The notes beneath the pieces were generated by a model that was not told where the DNA came from, searched no databases, and saw only the letters and a program-made list of their open reading frames with translations. The position numbers were made by a program, and so were the translations under genes. From Mobula birostris (Eukaryota), in NCBI RefSeq assembly GCF_030028105.1, contig NC_092376.1, positions 158,936,212-159,000,211 of the forward strand: 64,000 bases of DNA. The letters are read 5' to 3'. Shown in pieces: positions 63,499-64,000 of the stretch (its first letter is position 1; every line of letters starts with the position of its first letter).

Positions 63499-64000
63499 CT
63501 AGATGGCATAGAGTTTGTCAAATGTGTTCAGGAAAGTTTCCTTCATCAGCACGTGATACCAGATCTGCAATTAGGGAGTGAGATGGGGCTAGTGCCAAAA
63601 GTTTGTGTTGGGGAACGCTTTGCATCCAGTGACCACAATGCCACTAGTTTTAAAAGTAAACAGGAAAAAAGATAGGTCTGGTTCATGAGATTCTAAATTA
63701 AAGAAAGGCTAATTTTGATGATATCAGCAGTGTGGATTGGAACAGGCTGTTTTCTGGCAAAGGTATACTTGGTAAGTAGGAGGCCTTCAAAAAATTCAAA
63801 GATTGTATGTGCCTGTCAGAATAAAAGGTAAAGATAACAAGAGCAGGGGACCGTGGTTTTCAAGAGATACTGAGGCCCTGGTTGAGAGAAAAAAGGAAGT
63901 GCAGAGAAGGTACAATTAAGCAGGAACAAATGAGGTGCTTATGGAATATAAGAAAAGGAAGAGAACACTTAAGAAAGAAATCAGGAAGGATAAAAGTAGG

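Larger units (their letters stand above)
61910..64000 (+). mobile_element. Degenerate CR1 LINE from the ORF1/ORF2 junction, interrupted by a Penelope-like element, running off the window
   Basis: ggggtttaaactaa junction, then CVYFNARS, ISETW, GDFNFPHIDW and SSDHNA. Confidence 0.9.

Noticed and set aside
1-64000. Prokaryotic RT systems (retron, DGR, CRISPR-associated RT) or CRISPR arrays
   Set aside because: All RTs are eukaryotic non-LTR or Penelope types in a spliceosomal gene context, and no regularly spaced repeat-spacer array was seen.

Overview
Repeat-rich vertebrate genomic DNA. The repeat landscape (abundant CR1, Rex1/Babar, Penelope-like, L1, RTE, V-SINE/HE1-like) suggests a cartilaginous fish, probably a ray; this is inference. 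The only host coding sequence I can support is one 189-nt + strand exon (31311-31499) encoding the N-terminus and transmembrane helix of a gamma/delta/zeta-type sarcoglycan, best matching SGCG. The rest looks like upstream sequence and introns filled with retroelements. These include a young CR1 with an open 971-codon ORF2 and its truncated sister copy, a degenerate near-full-length L1 carrying nested Rex1 and Penelope-like insertions, and several nesting events with readable junctions. The most interesting signals are: (1) a canonical -1 slippery heptamer (U UUA AAC) at the CR1 ORF1-stop/ORF2 junction, where ORF2 has no AUG before its endonuclease; (2) minimal hammerhead-ribozyme motifs in the Penelope-like termini; (3) an unexplained 105-bp near-perfect inverted repeat; (4) a MEF2/E-box cluster that may be a muscle regulatory element. 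No prokaryotic-type system, CRISPR, rRNA or tRNA gene was seen. Boundaries of old repeats are approximate, and family names come from recalled protein motifs, not database searches.
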